Assembly (NCBI RefSeq): GCF_030013205.1
Contig: NZ_CP122648.1
Direction: 5' to 3' (one strand)
Source: Escherichia coli
GTDB taxonomy: Bacteria > Pseudomonadota > Gammaproteobacteria > Enterobacterales > Enterobacteriaceae
Length of the DNA: 64,000 nucleotides
The stretch's first letter is position 1, and each line of letters begins with the position of its first letter. Shown in pieces: positions 1 to 10,816 of the stretch. Position numbers and translations under genes: made by a program. Under the pieces are notes generated by a model that worked only from the letters and a program-made list of their open reading frames with translations, did no database searches and was not told the DNA's origin.

Positions 1-63
1 AGTTCCGGCCAGCAGGTTATAAATTTTTACAGTACGTGATTGTTCACTCATTCTGAATGCCAT
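1..63 (-). CDS. tfa: Tail fibre assembly protein Tfa, N-terminal 21 codons only (gene runs off window start)
   Basis: Reverse complement of 1-63 translates [21 protein letters not shown], matching lambda-type Tfa N-terminus; ATG overlaps stf stop (TAATG). Confidence 0.7.
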   Translation of the reverse strand, partial: MAFRMSEQSRTVKIYNLLAGT

Positions 64-1724
64 TATGCAAGCCTCACAATATAATTAAATGCGATGTTTT
101 TAACGGTGTTTTCCGCGTTACCAGCAGCGTTAACGGTGATGGTGTGTCCATGTGAACCAATCGCAACAGAGTGCGTATGAGCGCCAATACCAACAGTGTG
201 TGCATGTGCCCCAGCACTTGTAGCGGTACCTGATACTGAGTGGGTATGTGCGCCAGAAGAAGGCACAGTTCCATTCCCCACCACCGTGCCACTTGATGCA
301 CCATCAAGCCAGTCGAAATTCATACCTCCACTGTTTGGTCTCCTTAATGGAACGGTATGTGTATGTGCGCCAGCACTATTTGCAGTACCAGATACATTGT
401 GGGTATGTGCACCAGTGTTATTCGTTGATTTAGTACCGTAATCAAACGACGATGTGGTTTTCGTACCCAAATCCGTACTGGATGCGCTGGCACTGTGGGT
501 GTGCGATTTAATGCCATCCTGTTCCTGAGACAATACGGCCCGACCACTGGCGGGTTTGCCCTTGATTGTCCAGCCGCGCATATCTGGAATAACACCAGAA
601 GGATAGGCAATAGCCAGTTTCGGATATGCTGCCTTATCAAACGTCTGCCCCTGCATGATTGCATAACCTGCAGGTGGCGTATCTGATGGCCACGGCAGCG
701 GAACACCTGGCGGAAACGCTTCAATATTTGCCGAGCCGTCAAATTTTACGCCGTTAATTGTCCTTGCCGTTTTCAGCTTTGTTGCTGTAGCAGCATTGCC
801 GGATAGTTCGCCAGAAAGACCACCGCTGAATGTCTGTTTCGCCGCCCATGTCTGAGCTTCGTCGATAATTGGCACACGTCTTGTCGTAATCGTGCGGCTT
901 CCCGGATTTCCTGAAATGCGAACCATAAAAAAGCGGTAATTCGCTTTACTTGCAGTGCTGCGCCATACATGCATTGAGCGCCCCGTACCGAAATCATCAC
1001 TCGGACCAACTGCGATGTTTATCAGGTTGCCATCAATGACGCCCCAGTCCATACCGTCGGGAATATTGGTCATGTTATCAAGCCGAACGGTTATCAGACT
1101 GCCCGGCACAAAATCGTAGGTCTGCCAGTCCAGGCTGGTGAGTTTTGCCACTGCGCCACCGATCCCCATATTCAGGGGCAACGAAAAGGAGTTATACACT
1201 TCTCGCCATTCGGTCCATGTGCTCCCGGCGTAGACGCGCTCAAAAGTGCGCCCCTGTGTGGTTTCTGATTTCCCTGTGGTTGTGTAACGCTGCCAGACAG
1301 ATACACCATCAAAACGCCTGATTACTTCCAGTATCCCAAGCAATGTCGCCCCAGCAGCGTCCAGCATCGGACCGTTTGTCGCCTTTCCTGTAACACTGTA
1401 AATACCGGGGTCGGTTAGAACATTCAAATCACCTTCGTAATAACGGCTCTCTGACTGATGACCGACTCTTAACCACGGTTCCCACTGCGGATTTGATGCA
1501 TCCCAGCTTGCCGCAAGGCAGCGAACGTACATATTCCCACGACGAGTGGTATAACGTTGCGTTCTTCCATAATTCCCGCCTTCGAGGATCTCAAGCGTCC
1601 CCTGAGCAAAGCCGCCTTCCTCTGGATAATTGCGTTCATATGAAGCTATAGCCGAGCTACTGTTACGCCATAAACCAAGATGCTCAGCGGCTCCAAGCGT
1701 ATTCAGGTCTATAGTCGTACTCAA
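63..1724 (-). CDS. Side tail fibre protein, lambda Stf-like C-terminal region
   Basis: 553-aa ORF; C-terminal half has [52 protein letters not shown], His-rich GAHTH/GAHAH boxes and ends NYIVRLA; followed by tfa. Confidence 0.8.
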   Translation of the reverse strand: MSTTIDLNTLGAAEHLGLWRNSSSAIASYERNYPEEGGFAQGTLEILEGGNYGRTQRYTTRRGNMYVRCLAASWDASNPQWEPWLRVGHQSESRYYEGDLNVLTDPGIYSVTGKATNGPMLDAAGATLLGILEVIRRFDGVSVWQRYTTTGKSETTQGRTFERVYAGSTWTEWREVYNSFSLPLNMGIGGAVAKLTSLDWQTYDFVPGSLITVRLDNMTNIPDGMDWGVIDGNLINIAVGPSDDFGTGRSMHVWRSTASKANYRFFMVRISGNPGSRTITTRRVPIIDEAQTWAAKQTFSGGLSGELSGNAATATKLKTARTINGVKFDGSANIEAFPPGVPLPWPSDTPPAGYAIMQGQTFDKAAYPKLAIAYPSGVIPDMRGWTIKGKPASGRAVLSQEQDGIKSHTHSASASSTDLGTKTTSSFDYGTKSTNNTGAHTHNVSGTANSAGAHTHTVPLRRPNSGGMNFDWLDGASSGTVVGNGTVPSSGAHTHSVSGTATSAGAHAHTVGIGAHTHSVAIGSHGHTITVNAAGNAENTVKNIAFNYIVRLA

Positions 1725-2000
1725 AGGGCGGGTAGTTCAAGAAGCTGTTCCGGAGCGTTTGTTGATGATCCCGATCTGCATAAAAATATTCTTATTTGCT
1801 ATCCGTATGGTAACTATGAATATGACAATATTATCTATGTTGAAAAGAAAACTAATGCATTGGGCGTTGTTGTGACGTATGCACAGACTGCACGAGACGA
1901 TGCTGAATAAGATACTACAGAGATAGTCCACTTTTTTGTTTATTTGTCGGGATAAAAACAAATTACCCCGACTCACCATGTATTAATCTTCCGCTTTAAG

Positions 2001-2384
2001 TTAGTCTTGTAGCTGCGCTGTCCTGCTATGCAGCAAAGCGGCGTACTTTAATGCGTCCTGTGCTTTCTGGAATTTAAGTGCATAGTCAGTGGCGATTTTT
2101 TCCAGTTCAGCGATTCGGTTGTCTTTGGTTTCCAGCCAATCAAGTAGCGCCAATACTTCAGGATCCCCGACATCCAACACTGTTACGCGTGATTTTTCAT
2201 AATGTTCGTCGGCAAGAGTTCGACCAATTTTGAAATCTCCATCATCACCATAACCGGAGCAGCCATAAACAACCTGTGCTCCAGATATTCGCTGAATTGA
2301 CATTTCTTCGCCGCAAATAGGGCATTTTGGTACTGGTGCAGGTGAATAACGTTCACGTAATGCCTGATAGTTGATTTTGCTCAT
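2001..2384 (-). CDS. Hypothetical protein, CPxCG zinc-ribbon-like motif plus predicted C-terminal coiled coil
   Basis: 127-aa ORF with ATG start, same strand as stf; no recognisable family. Confidence 0.4.
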   Translation of the reverse strand: MSKINYQALRERYSPAPVPKCPICGEEMSIQRISGAQVVYGCSGYGDDGDFKIGRTLADEHYEKSRVTVLDVGDPEVLALLDWLETKDNRIAELEKIATDYALKFQKAQDALKYAALLHSRTAQLQD

Positions 2385-2447
2385 TAAGTCGCTCTTCTTG
2401 TTTATGTTCTGAGATGGAGATCAGGGCGAACTCGCCCTGACGTTGTG

Positions 2448-2876
2448 TTATTCAGGAAATAACGCCCTGATATTTCCGGCCATCTGACTGGTTATCTGTG
2501 CGGTTGGTACTGGCTGTGACAGGGGGCGTTCTGTCCTGGTTTGTGTCACTGATAACGCCTCATCGTCAGCCCATGCAGCCAGTCGGTAAGCCTCTGCCGG
2601 ATTCATTTTCAGAAGTGCCAGCCCGGCCAGAAAAGCCACGCGTTGGCCGCTTTTGCGGGCTTCCGGTGTAAGGCTGTCCAGCCAGGCGCATGCTTCGCTT
2701 TCGTTCTTGACGGCCGCAGGCTTCAGATAGAAACTTATCTGAGTAAGTCTGAATGTGTTCAGTTGCTGGATGCACTGGCTGAAAATCCCGATGAACGGCT
2801 GGCTGTCGAAATCCTTCTGTCGACCGGGGCGCGATGGGGCGAGGTAGCGGTACTGGAGCAGCGCCGTGTTCTTCAT
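2448..2876 (-). CDS. Hypothetical ORF, possibly an orphan 3' gene fragment; 5' part is antisense to integrase fragment
   Basis: 142-aa ORF; only the part below ~2700 lies outside the integrase fragment; no convincing RBS for internal starts. Confidence 0.2.
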   Translation of the reverse strand: MKNTALLQYRYLAPSRPGRQKDFDSQPFIGIFSQCIQQLNTFRLTQISFYLKPAAVKNESEACAWLDSLTPEARKSGQRVAFLAGLALLKMNPAEAYRLAAWADDEALSVTQTRTERPLSQPVPTAQITSQMAGNIRALFPE

Positions 2877-3221
2877 TGTCGAATCACTTTTTCAAAAACG
2901 AAGAACAGCAAAAACCGTACCGTTCCTATTTCTGAAAGCCTGTTTGAAAAGATCAAAAAACGGGGCGGGAAACTGGTGTTTCCGACGCTGGATTATCCAT
3001 TGGTTCGCGATGTCATCAAAACGGTCGCATCTGATGTTCCTGACGGCCAGGCTGTTCATGCGCTGCGCCACACCTTCGCCAGTCATTTCATGATGAACGG
3101 CGGCAATATTCTGACGCTCCAGAAAATTCTGGGGCACGCAAAGATTCAGACAACGATGATTTATGCCCATCTTGCGCCGGATTACTTGCAGGATGCGGTG
3201 AGATTTAATCCAATAGCTTGA
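2730..3221 (+). pseudogene. Tyrosine recombinase (P2 Int family), C-terminal catalytic domain only; N-terminal half absent
   Basis: Motifs LSTGARWGE, HALRHTFASHFM, LGHAKIQTTMIYAHL resemble P2 integrase C-terminal half; frames upstream of ~2700 show no integrase-like sequence. Confidence 0.65.
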
Positions 3222-3231
3222 AGGTAGGAAA

Positions 3232-3615
3232 ATGAAAGATATTGAACATTCAGGGGAAATGGAAAAGAAAAAACGGGAGTTTATTAAAAAACTGGAATCG
3301 ATAACGCCAAGAGAATTCTTCCGTTTTTTAAATGAAAAAAACGTCACTGTGGTTTGCCTTGGGTGCGGACTGAAAGATACCCAGATAACTGCCACTACAG
3401 GTAAGTTAAATCTCCAACAACTCCTGGATGGTGAAAAAGGGGAAGAGTTTATGACGTACTTCAGGCTTGAACCAGGTCACCCAGGTGATAGTGATGCGAA
3501 TTATTACTACAAATCTTTTTGTGAGAACTGCGGTTATATAACTATGCATGCAGTGACTCCGGTATTGAACTGGTTGGGATCGCAAAAAAACCAGGAAGGG
3601 TCAGGTGATGAATGA
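3232..3615 (+). CDS. Hypothetical protein with two CxxC pairs (zinc-ribbon-like), low-GC cargo gene
   Basis: 127-aa ORF, AGGTAGGA RBS 5-12 nt upstream of ATG, 10 nt after integrase stop; CLGC and CENC motifs. Confidence 0.55.
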   Translation: MKDIEHSGEMEKKKREFIKKLESITPREFFRFLNEKNVTVVCLGCGLKDTQITATTGKLNLQQLLDGEKGEEFMTYFRLEPGHPGDSDANYYYKSFCENCGYITMHAVTPVLNWLGSQKNQEGSGDE

Positions 3616-3907
3616 GTATACTTATATCACGGGTTTTTCCATTCCGTATCCAGGAGGAATTCAGGTGAGCAATCGCAGAAGTCAGGCAAGTCGTGATGAG
3701 TTCGCTCTTGATAGCCGTGTTGCACGAATGGAGTCTGATATCTCATACATCAAGAGAGATATTGAAGAGCTGAAGAGCGATCTCAAGGATGTGAGAGGCG
3801 ATATTGATAAGATACGCACAACAGATTTCAGGCTCATGTTTGGTGCGTTGATTACTACAGCCTTGGGGTTAGCTGGCTTAATGGCGAGAGGTTTTCACTG
3901 GATTTAA
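3605..3907 (+). CDS. Hypothetical small membrane protein: coiled coil plus C-terminal transmembrane anchor
   Basis: 99-100-aa ORF (GTG 3605 or ATG 3608) overlapping upstream stop (ATGAATGA); AGGAAGG RBS; hydrophobic C-terminus FGALITTALGLAGLMARGF. Confidence 0.55.
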   Translation: MMNEYTYITGFSIPYPGGIQVSNRRSQASRDEFALDSRVARMESDISYIKRDIEELKSDLKDVRGDIDKIRTTDFRLMFGALITTALGLAGLMARGFHWI

Positions 3908-4015
3908 GATCCACAAAGTGACCACATCTCTGTTATTTGTTGTGGTTGGCTGTGTTTTTGTGTGTCTGTAAGTCTTTGATAATTATCTAACTTATTGATT
4001 TTTGTTTGTGTTTAT

Positions 4016-4040
4016 GGCCGCTCTGCGGCCTTTTTTCTTT
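4016..4040 (+). terminator. Rho-independent terminator-like hairpin upstream of btuC
   Basis: GGCCGC-TCTG-CGGCC stem-loop followed by TTTTTTCTTTT. Confidence 0.45.
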
Positions 4041-4098
4041 TCACTGTCGAAGAGTCACCGTAAAATCAACGCCATGACACTTCAGCAGAACGGATACC

Positions 4099-5079
4099 AT
4101 GCTGACACTTGCCCGCCAACAACAGCGACAAAATATTCGCTGGTTATTATGCCTGTCAGTTTTGATGCTGCTGGCGCTTCTCTTAAGCCTTTGCGCCGGT
4201 GAACAATGGATCTCGCCAGGTGACTGGTTTTCTCCTCGAGGCGAACTGTTCGTCTGGCAGATTCGCCTGCCACGTACGCTGGCTGTATTGCTGGTTGGTG
4301 CGGCGTTGGCTATATCCGGCGCTGTAATGCAGGCGTTATTTGAAAATCCTCTGGCAGAACCTGGACTACTTGGCGTCTCTAATGGCGCAGGCGTGGGGCT
4401 TATCGCCGCGGTATTGCTTGGGCAAGGGCAACTCCCCAACTGGGCGCTGGGGCTGTGTGCGATTGCTGGCGCGCTTATCATCACTTTAATACTCTTACGT
4501 TTCGCCCGTCGTCATCTTTCGACCAGTCGGTTATTGCTGGCTGGCGTTGCATTAGGGATTATCTGTAGCGCACTAATGACGTGGGCTATCTACTTTTCCA
4601 CCTCTGTTGATTTACGTCAGCTGATGTACTGGATGATGGGCGGTTTTGGCGGCGTAGACTGGCGGCAAAGCTGGCTGATGCTGGCATTGATCCCCGTGTT
4701 GTTGTGGATCTGTTGTCAGTCCAGACCGATGAATATGTTAGCACTTGGCGAGATCTCGGCGCGGCAACTGGGTTTACCCCTGTGGTTCTGGCGCAATGTG
4801 CTGGTGGCAGCGACCGGCTGGATGGTTGGCGTCAGTGTGGCGTTGGCGGGTGCTATCGGCTTTATTGGTCTGGTGATCCCACATATTCTCCGGTTATGTG
4901 GTTTGACCGATCATCGCGTATTACTTCCCGGCTGCGCGCTGGCAGGGGCGAGCGCATTGCTGCTGGCCGATGTTGTAGCGCGCCTGGCATTAGCTGCTGC
5001 AGAGCTGCCTATTGGCGTGGTCACCGCAACGTTGGGTGCGCCGGTGTTTATCTGGTTATTGTTAAAAGCAGGACGTTAG
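4099..5079 (+). CDS. btuC: Vitamin B12 ABC transporter permease
   Basis: 326-aa ORF matching K-12 BtuC; btuCED order. Confidence 0.95.
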   Translation: MLTLARQQQRQNIRWLLCLSVLMLLALLLSLCAGEQWISPGDWFSPRGELFVWQIRLPRTLAVLLVGAALAISGAVMQALFENPLAEPGLLGVSNGAGVGLIAAVLLGQGQLPNWALGLCAIAGALIITLILLRFARRHLSTSRLLLAGVALGIICSALMTWAIYFSTSVDLRQLMYWMMGGFGGVDWRQSWLMLALIPVLLWICCQSRPMNMLALGEISARQLGLPLWFWRNVLVAATGWMVGVSVALAGAIGFIGLVIPHILRLCGLTDHRVLLPGCALAGASALLLADVVARLALAAAELPIGVVTATLGAPVFIWLLLKAGR

Positions 5080-5141
5080 CCGCAAAAAGACGGTCTATGA
5101 TTAAAAGCTAAGATTTTTACTGACCACACCCAGGAGAAACG

Positions 5142-5693
5142 ATGCAAGATTCCATTCTGACGACCGTAGTGAAAGATATCGACGGTGAAGTGACCACGCT
5201 GGAGAAGTACGCCGGTAATGTGCTGTTGATTGTCAATGTCGCCTCAAAGTGTGGCTTAACGCCGCAATATGAGCAGTTGGAGAATATTCAGAAAGCCTGG
5301 GCCGATCGTGGTTTTGTGGTGCTGGGATTCCCGTGCAACCAGTTTCTGGAGCAAGAACCGGGCAGCGATGAAGAGATTAAAACTTACTGCACCACTACAT
5401 GGGGGGTGACGTTCCCGATGTTCAGTAAGATTGAAGTTAATGGTGAAGGACGCCATCCGCTGTATCAAAAATTGATTGCCGCAGCGCCGACCGCAGTCGC
5501 GCCGGAAGAGAGCGGATTCTATGCCCGTATGGTCAGCAAAGGTCGTGCACCGCTGTACCCTGATGATATCTTATGGAATTTTGAGAAATTTTTAGTTGGC
5601 AGGGACGGATTGGTCATCCAGCGTTTTTCCCCGGATATGACGCCGGAAGATCCCATTGTGATGGAAAGCATTAAACTGGCGTTGGCAAAATAA
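5142..5693 (+). CDS. btuE: Thioredoxin/glutathione peroxidase
   Basis: 183-aa ORF, glutathione peroxidase family, between btuC and btuD. Confidence 0.95.
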   Translation: MQDSILTTVVKDIDGEVTTLEKYAGNVLLIVNVASKCGLTPQYEQLENIQKAWADRGFVVLGFPCNQFLEQEPGSDEEIKTYCTTTWGVTFPMFSKIEVNGEGRHPLYQKLIAAAPTAVAPEESGFYARMVSKGRAPLYPDDILWNFEKFLVGRDGLVIQRFSPDMTPEDPIVMESIKLALAK

Positions 5694-6442
5694 TGTCTAT
5701 TGTGATGCAGTTACAGGATGTTGCGGAGTCTACCCGCCTGGGGCCGCTTTCTGGCGAGGTTCGGGCTGGGGAGATCCTGCACCTGGTGGGGCCGAATGGC
5801 GCGGGTAAGAGTACCTTACTGGCGCGAATGGCCGGAATGACCAGCGGTAAGGGAAGCATTCAGTTCGCGGGGCAACCACTGGAAGCATGGTCCGCAACAA
5901 AACTCGCGCTGCATCGCGCCTATCTTTCACAACAACAGACGCCACCGTTTGCAATGCCGGTCTGGCACTACCTGACACTGCATCAGCACGATAAAACGCG
6001 TACCGAACTACTGAATGATGTCGCAGGGGCGCTGGCTCTTGATGACAAACTCGGACGTAGCACCAAGCAACTTTCCGGCGGCGAATGGCAACGCGTACGT
6101 CTTGCTGCGGTGGTGCTGCAAATCACACCACAAGCCAATCCCGCAGGCCAATTGCTGCTTCTTGATGAGCCGATGAACAGTCTTGATGTTGCGCAACAAA
6201 GTGCATTAGACAAAATTCTGAGCGCGCTGTGTCAGCAAGGACTGGCGATTGTGATGAGCAGTCACGATCTCAACCATACATTGCGTCATGCGCATCGGGC
6301 GTGGTTGCTAAAAGGTGGAAAAATGCTGGCCAGTGGACGCAGGGAAGAGGTGCTCACGCCGCCAAATCTGGCGCAGGCCTATGGGATGAATTTTCGCCGT
6401 CTGGATATCGAAGGTCACAGAATGCTGATTTCGACCATCTGA
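5693..6442 (+). CDS. btuD: Vitamin B12 ABC transporter ATP-binding protein
   Basis: 249-aa ORF with Walker [10 protein letters not shown]; start overlaps btuE stop. Confidence 0.95.
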   Translation: MSIVMQLQDVAESTRLGPLSGEVRAGEILHLVGPNGAGKSTLLARMAGMTSGKGSIQFAGQPLEAWSATKLALHRAYLSQQQTPPFAMPVWHYLTLHQHDKTRTELLNDVAGALALDDKLGRSTKQLSGGEWQRVRLAAVVLQITPQANPAGQLLLLDEPMNSLDVAQQSALDKILSALCQQGLAIVMSSHDLNHTLRHAHRAWLLKGGKMLASGRREEVLTPPNLAQAYGMNFRRLDIEGHRMLISTI

Positions 6443-6519
6443 TTTCATTAGTATCTTGAAAATCGGGTAATTACGACGCTAAATTAATGCAAGAATAAAA
6501 AACAGAGGAACCGTACGGA

Positions 6520-6984
6520 ATGCGTTTCTGCCTTATTTTGATCACAGCACTGTTTCTGGCCGGGTGTAGCCACCATAAAGCACCGCCGCCAAATGCCAGA
6601 CTTTCTGATTCGATTACCGTTATTGCCGGTTTGAACGACCAGCTACAGAGCTGGCATGGCACGCCGTATCGTTATGGTGGCATGACGCGGCGCGGTGTGG
6701 ACTGTTCGGGGTTTGTGGTTGTGACGATGCGCGATCGTTTCGATTTGCAGCTGCCCCGAGAAACTAAAGAACAAGCCTCTATCGGCACGCAAATTGATAA
6801 AGACGAGTTGCTGCCAGGTGACCTGGTCTTTTTCAAAACGGGCTCCGGACAAAATGGTTTGCATGTAGGTATTTACGATACCAACAACCAATTTATCCAC
6901 GCCTCTACCAGCAAGGGAGTGATGCGTTCCTCACTTGATAATGTCTATTGGCAGAAAAATTTCTGGCAGGCGAGACGAATCTAG
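6520..6984 (+). CDS. nlpC: NlpC/P60 family lipoprotein (putative peptidoglycan endopeptidase)
   Basis: 154-aa ORF, lipobox LAGC, NlpC/P60 Cys motif. Confidence 0.9.
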   Translation: MRFCLILITALFLAGCSHHKAPPPNARLSDSITVIAGLNDQLQSWHGTPYRYGGMTRRGVDCSGFVVVTMRDRFDLQLPRETKEQASIGTQIDKDELLPGDLVFFKTGSGQNGLHVGIYDTNNQFIHASTSKGVMRSSLDNVYWQKNFWQARRI

Positions 6985-7230
6985 TATGTCGAAAAATTGA
7001 CGGCGATGATACATCGCCGTCAATTTACTCCAGAATACGGTAGTATTTTGCAGACAAAAATTCCGTAAATGGATTATTCGTTTATAATCAGGATAATCTA
7101 AAAAAAGGACCCCTGAAAAAGTGGTTAACATGGAACAAATGAAAGTTACTCCTTCTGTAATTGTTATGTCTTATGGCCTCATCCCTTTTAGCCGGATACT
7201 GAAAAACATCCTTCGAGAGGGACGGTTACC

Positions 7231-7944
7231 ATGAAGATTTTTTTGGAGAATCTTTATCATTCTGATTGCTATTTCCTGCCGATAAGAGATAACCAGCAAG
7301 ACCTTGTCGGCGTTGAGTTAATTACCCATTTCTCCAGTGAAGATGGTACGGTTCGTATCCCGACGAGTCGGGTTATAGCGCAACTTACCGAGGAGCAACA
7401 TTGGCAATTATTTTCAGAGCAGTTGGAATTACTAAAATCATGCCAACACTTTTTTATTCAACATAAACTCTTTGCCTGGCTTAATTTAACGCCACAAGTG
7501 GCTACTTTATTATTAGACAGGGATAATTACGCAGGCGAACTATTAAAATATCCGTTTATTGAACTGTTGATTAATGAGAATTACCCGCATCTCGATGAAG
7601 GAAAAGATAATCGCGATCTTTTTTCCTTATCGCAAATGTATCCCCTTGTGTTAGGTAATTTGGGCGCAGGCAATAGCACAATGAAAGCGGTTTTTGATGG
7701 TCTTTTCACCCGCGTCATGCTGGATAAAAGTTTTATTCAGCAACAAATCACGCATCGCTCCTTCGAACCGTTTATTCGTGCGATCCAGGCGCAAATTTCC
7801 CCATGTTGCAATTGCATCATCGCGGGGGGCATTGATACGCCAGAAATAATGGCACAGATTACCCCCTTTGATTTCCATGCTCTCCAGGGATGCCTGTGGC
7901 CTGCCGTTCCCATAAATCAGATAACGACGTTGGTTCAGCGATAA
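7231..7944 (+). CDS. ydiV: Anti-FlhD4C2 factor, degenerate EAL-like protein
   Basis: 237-aa ORF matching K-12 YdiV; synteny. Confidence 0.9.
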   Translation: MKIFLENLYHSDCYFLPIRDNQQDLVGVELITHFSSEDGTVRIPTSRVIAQLTEEQHWQLFSEQLELLKSCQHFFIQHKLFAWLNLTPQVATLLLDRDNYAGELLKYPFIELLINENYPHLDEGKDNRDLFSLSQMYPLVLGNLGAGNSTMKAVFDGLFTRVMLDKSFIQQQITHRSFEPFIRAIQAQISPCCNCIIAGGIDTPEIMAQITPFDFHALQGCLWPAVPINQITTLVQR

Positions 7945-7967
7945 CCCTCCTGTTTGCTGGTGTTTAA

Positions 7968-9443
<1,476 letters not shown>

Positions 9444-9446
9444 AGG

Positions 9447-9638
9447 CTACTTGGTCAACAGCAGCTTGCCAGCCTGAGTTTTACGGAGCAGATATTCTTG
9501 CCCGTCATGATCGATAATCAGTTTGCCATCCGGACCTAACAGTGTCTGGCTGGTAATTCGCCGAATGGGCTGTGGGGAAGCGGTCTTGTGATTGGCATCC
9601 GTTTCAGGCGTGAGTTTTCTGCTATCCGTATAACGCAT
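9447..9638 (-). CDS. ydiE: HemP-like small protein
   Basis: 63-aa protein from internal ATG of 72-aa ORF (MRYTDSRK...), matches K-12 YdiE. Confidence 0.8.
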   Translation of the reverse strand: MRYTDSRKLTPETDANHKTASPQPIRRITSQTLLGPDGKLIIDHDGQEYLLRKTQAGKLLLTK

Positions 9639-9769
9639 AAAGATTAATAATAATTGATATAACAATGATTCTTATTATCAATATTATGGCGGGCCAGAGC
9701 AAGCAGTAATTTGTTGAGAAGACAACAAGTTGCGCAGAAATGCCCATTCCGTCAGGAATGGGCACGCAT

Positions 9770-10816
9770 TCAGAAACGGGTATCAACTGCAGAGGCGAGT
9801 TTTTCGACCAGGCGTTCGGTATCTTCCCAGCCCAGACACGGGTCGGTAATCGATTGACCGTAAGTGAGCGGCTGACCGCCGGCGATTTTTTGCGTTCCTT
9901 CGCGCAGGAAACTTTCCGCCATAATTCCAGCAATCGCCGTAGAGCCATTGCGGATTTGCTGACAAATATCCTCACAAACTTCTAACTGGCGACGGTGCTG
10001 CTTCTGGCAGTTACCGTGGCTGAAATCCACCACCAGATGTTCAGGTAAATCAAACTCGTGCAGCGTATCGCAGGCTGCGGCGATATCATCGGCATGATAA
10101 TTCGGTTTTTTGCCGCCACGCATAATAATGTGGCCATACGGGTTGCCGCTGGTCTGATAGATGGTCATCTGACCATTTTTGTCTGGCGAGAGGAACATAT
10201 GGCTGGCGCGGGCTGCGCGGATAGCATCCACGGCAATCCGCGTGTTGCCATCGGTACCATTTTTAAAACCTACCGGACAGGAGAGTGCCGAAGCCATTTC
10301 ACGGTGGATCTGACTTTCGGTAGTACGTGCGCCAATCGCACCCCAACTGATTAAATCAGCAATAAACTGACCGGTCACCATATCGAGGAACTCAGTCGCG
10401 GTAGGGACGCCCAGCTCATTTACCTGTAAAAGTAATTTGCGCGCCAGCTCCAGACCGTGATTTACCCGATAGCTGCCGTTTAAATCTGGATCGGAGATTA
10501 GCCCTTTCCAGCCGACAACAGTTCGTGGTTTTTCAAAATAGGTGCGCATTACGATTTCCAGCCGTGACTGGTACTGGTTGCGCAGCGACTGCAGACGGGT
10601 GGCGTACTCCATTGCAGCGGTGAGATCGTGGATCGAGCAGGGGCCAATAATGACCAACAGTCGCTTATCTTCACCATTCAGTATTTTTTCAATTCTGCGG
10701 CGGGAGTCGGTGACATGGGTGGCGACGCCAGGCGTTACGGGATACCGTAGCGCGAGTTCGGCGGGCGTTACCAGGCTCTCAATACGCGCAGTACGGAGTT
10801 CGTCAGTTCTGTTCAT
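9770..10816 (-). CDS. aroH: DAHP synthase, Trp-sensitive
   Basis: 348-aa ORF matching K-12 AroH. Confidence 0.95.
   Translation of the reverse strand: MNRTDELRTARIESLVTPAELALRYPVTPGVATHVTDSRRRIEKILNGEDKRLLVIIGPCSIHDLTAAMEYATRLQSLRNQYQSRLEIVMRTYFEKPRTVVGWKGLISDPDLNGSYRVNHGLELARKLLLQVNELGVPTATEFLDMVTGQFIADLISWGAIGARTTESQIHREMASALSCPVGFKNGTDGNTRIAVDAIRAARASHMFLSPDKNGQMTIYQTSGNPYGHIIMRGGKKPNYHADDIAAACDTLHEFDLPEHLVVDFSHGNCQKQHRRQLEVCEDICQQIRNGSTAIAGIMAESFLREGTQKIAGGQPLTYGQSITDPCLGWEDTERLVEKLASAVDTRF

Larger units (their letters stand above)
1..4015. mobile_element. Phage-derived mosaic remnant (tail-fibre cassette, truncated integrase, small cargo ORFs) abutting btuC
   Basis: Phage-type genes, lower GC than flanking core, integrase fragment, no ihfA ORF where K-12 synteny predicts it; right boundary approximate. 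Confidence 0.6.

Noticed and set aside
74-742. Several 60-130-aa ORFs on both strands within the stf gene
   Set aside because: Nested in or antisense to the long tail-fibre ORF, whose C-terminal motifs are recognisable; no RBS or homology support.
2643-2729. N-terminal extension of the integrase ORF (TTG start)
   Set aside because: Translation upstream of ~2730 is not integrase-like and the first codon is TTG with no RBS; treated as read-through into a truncation joint.
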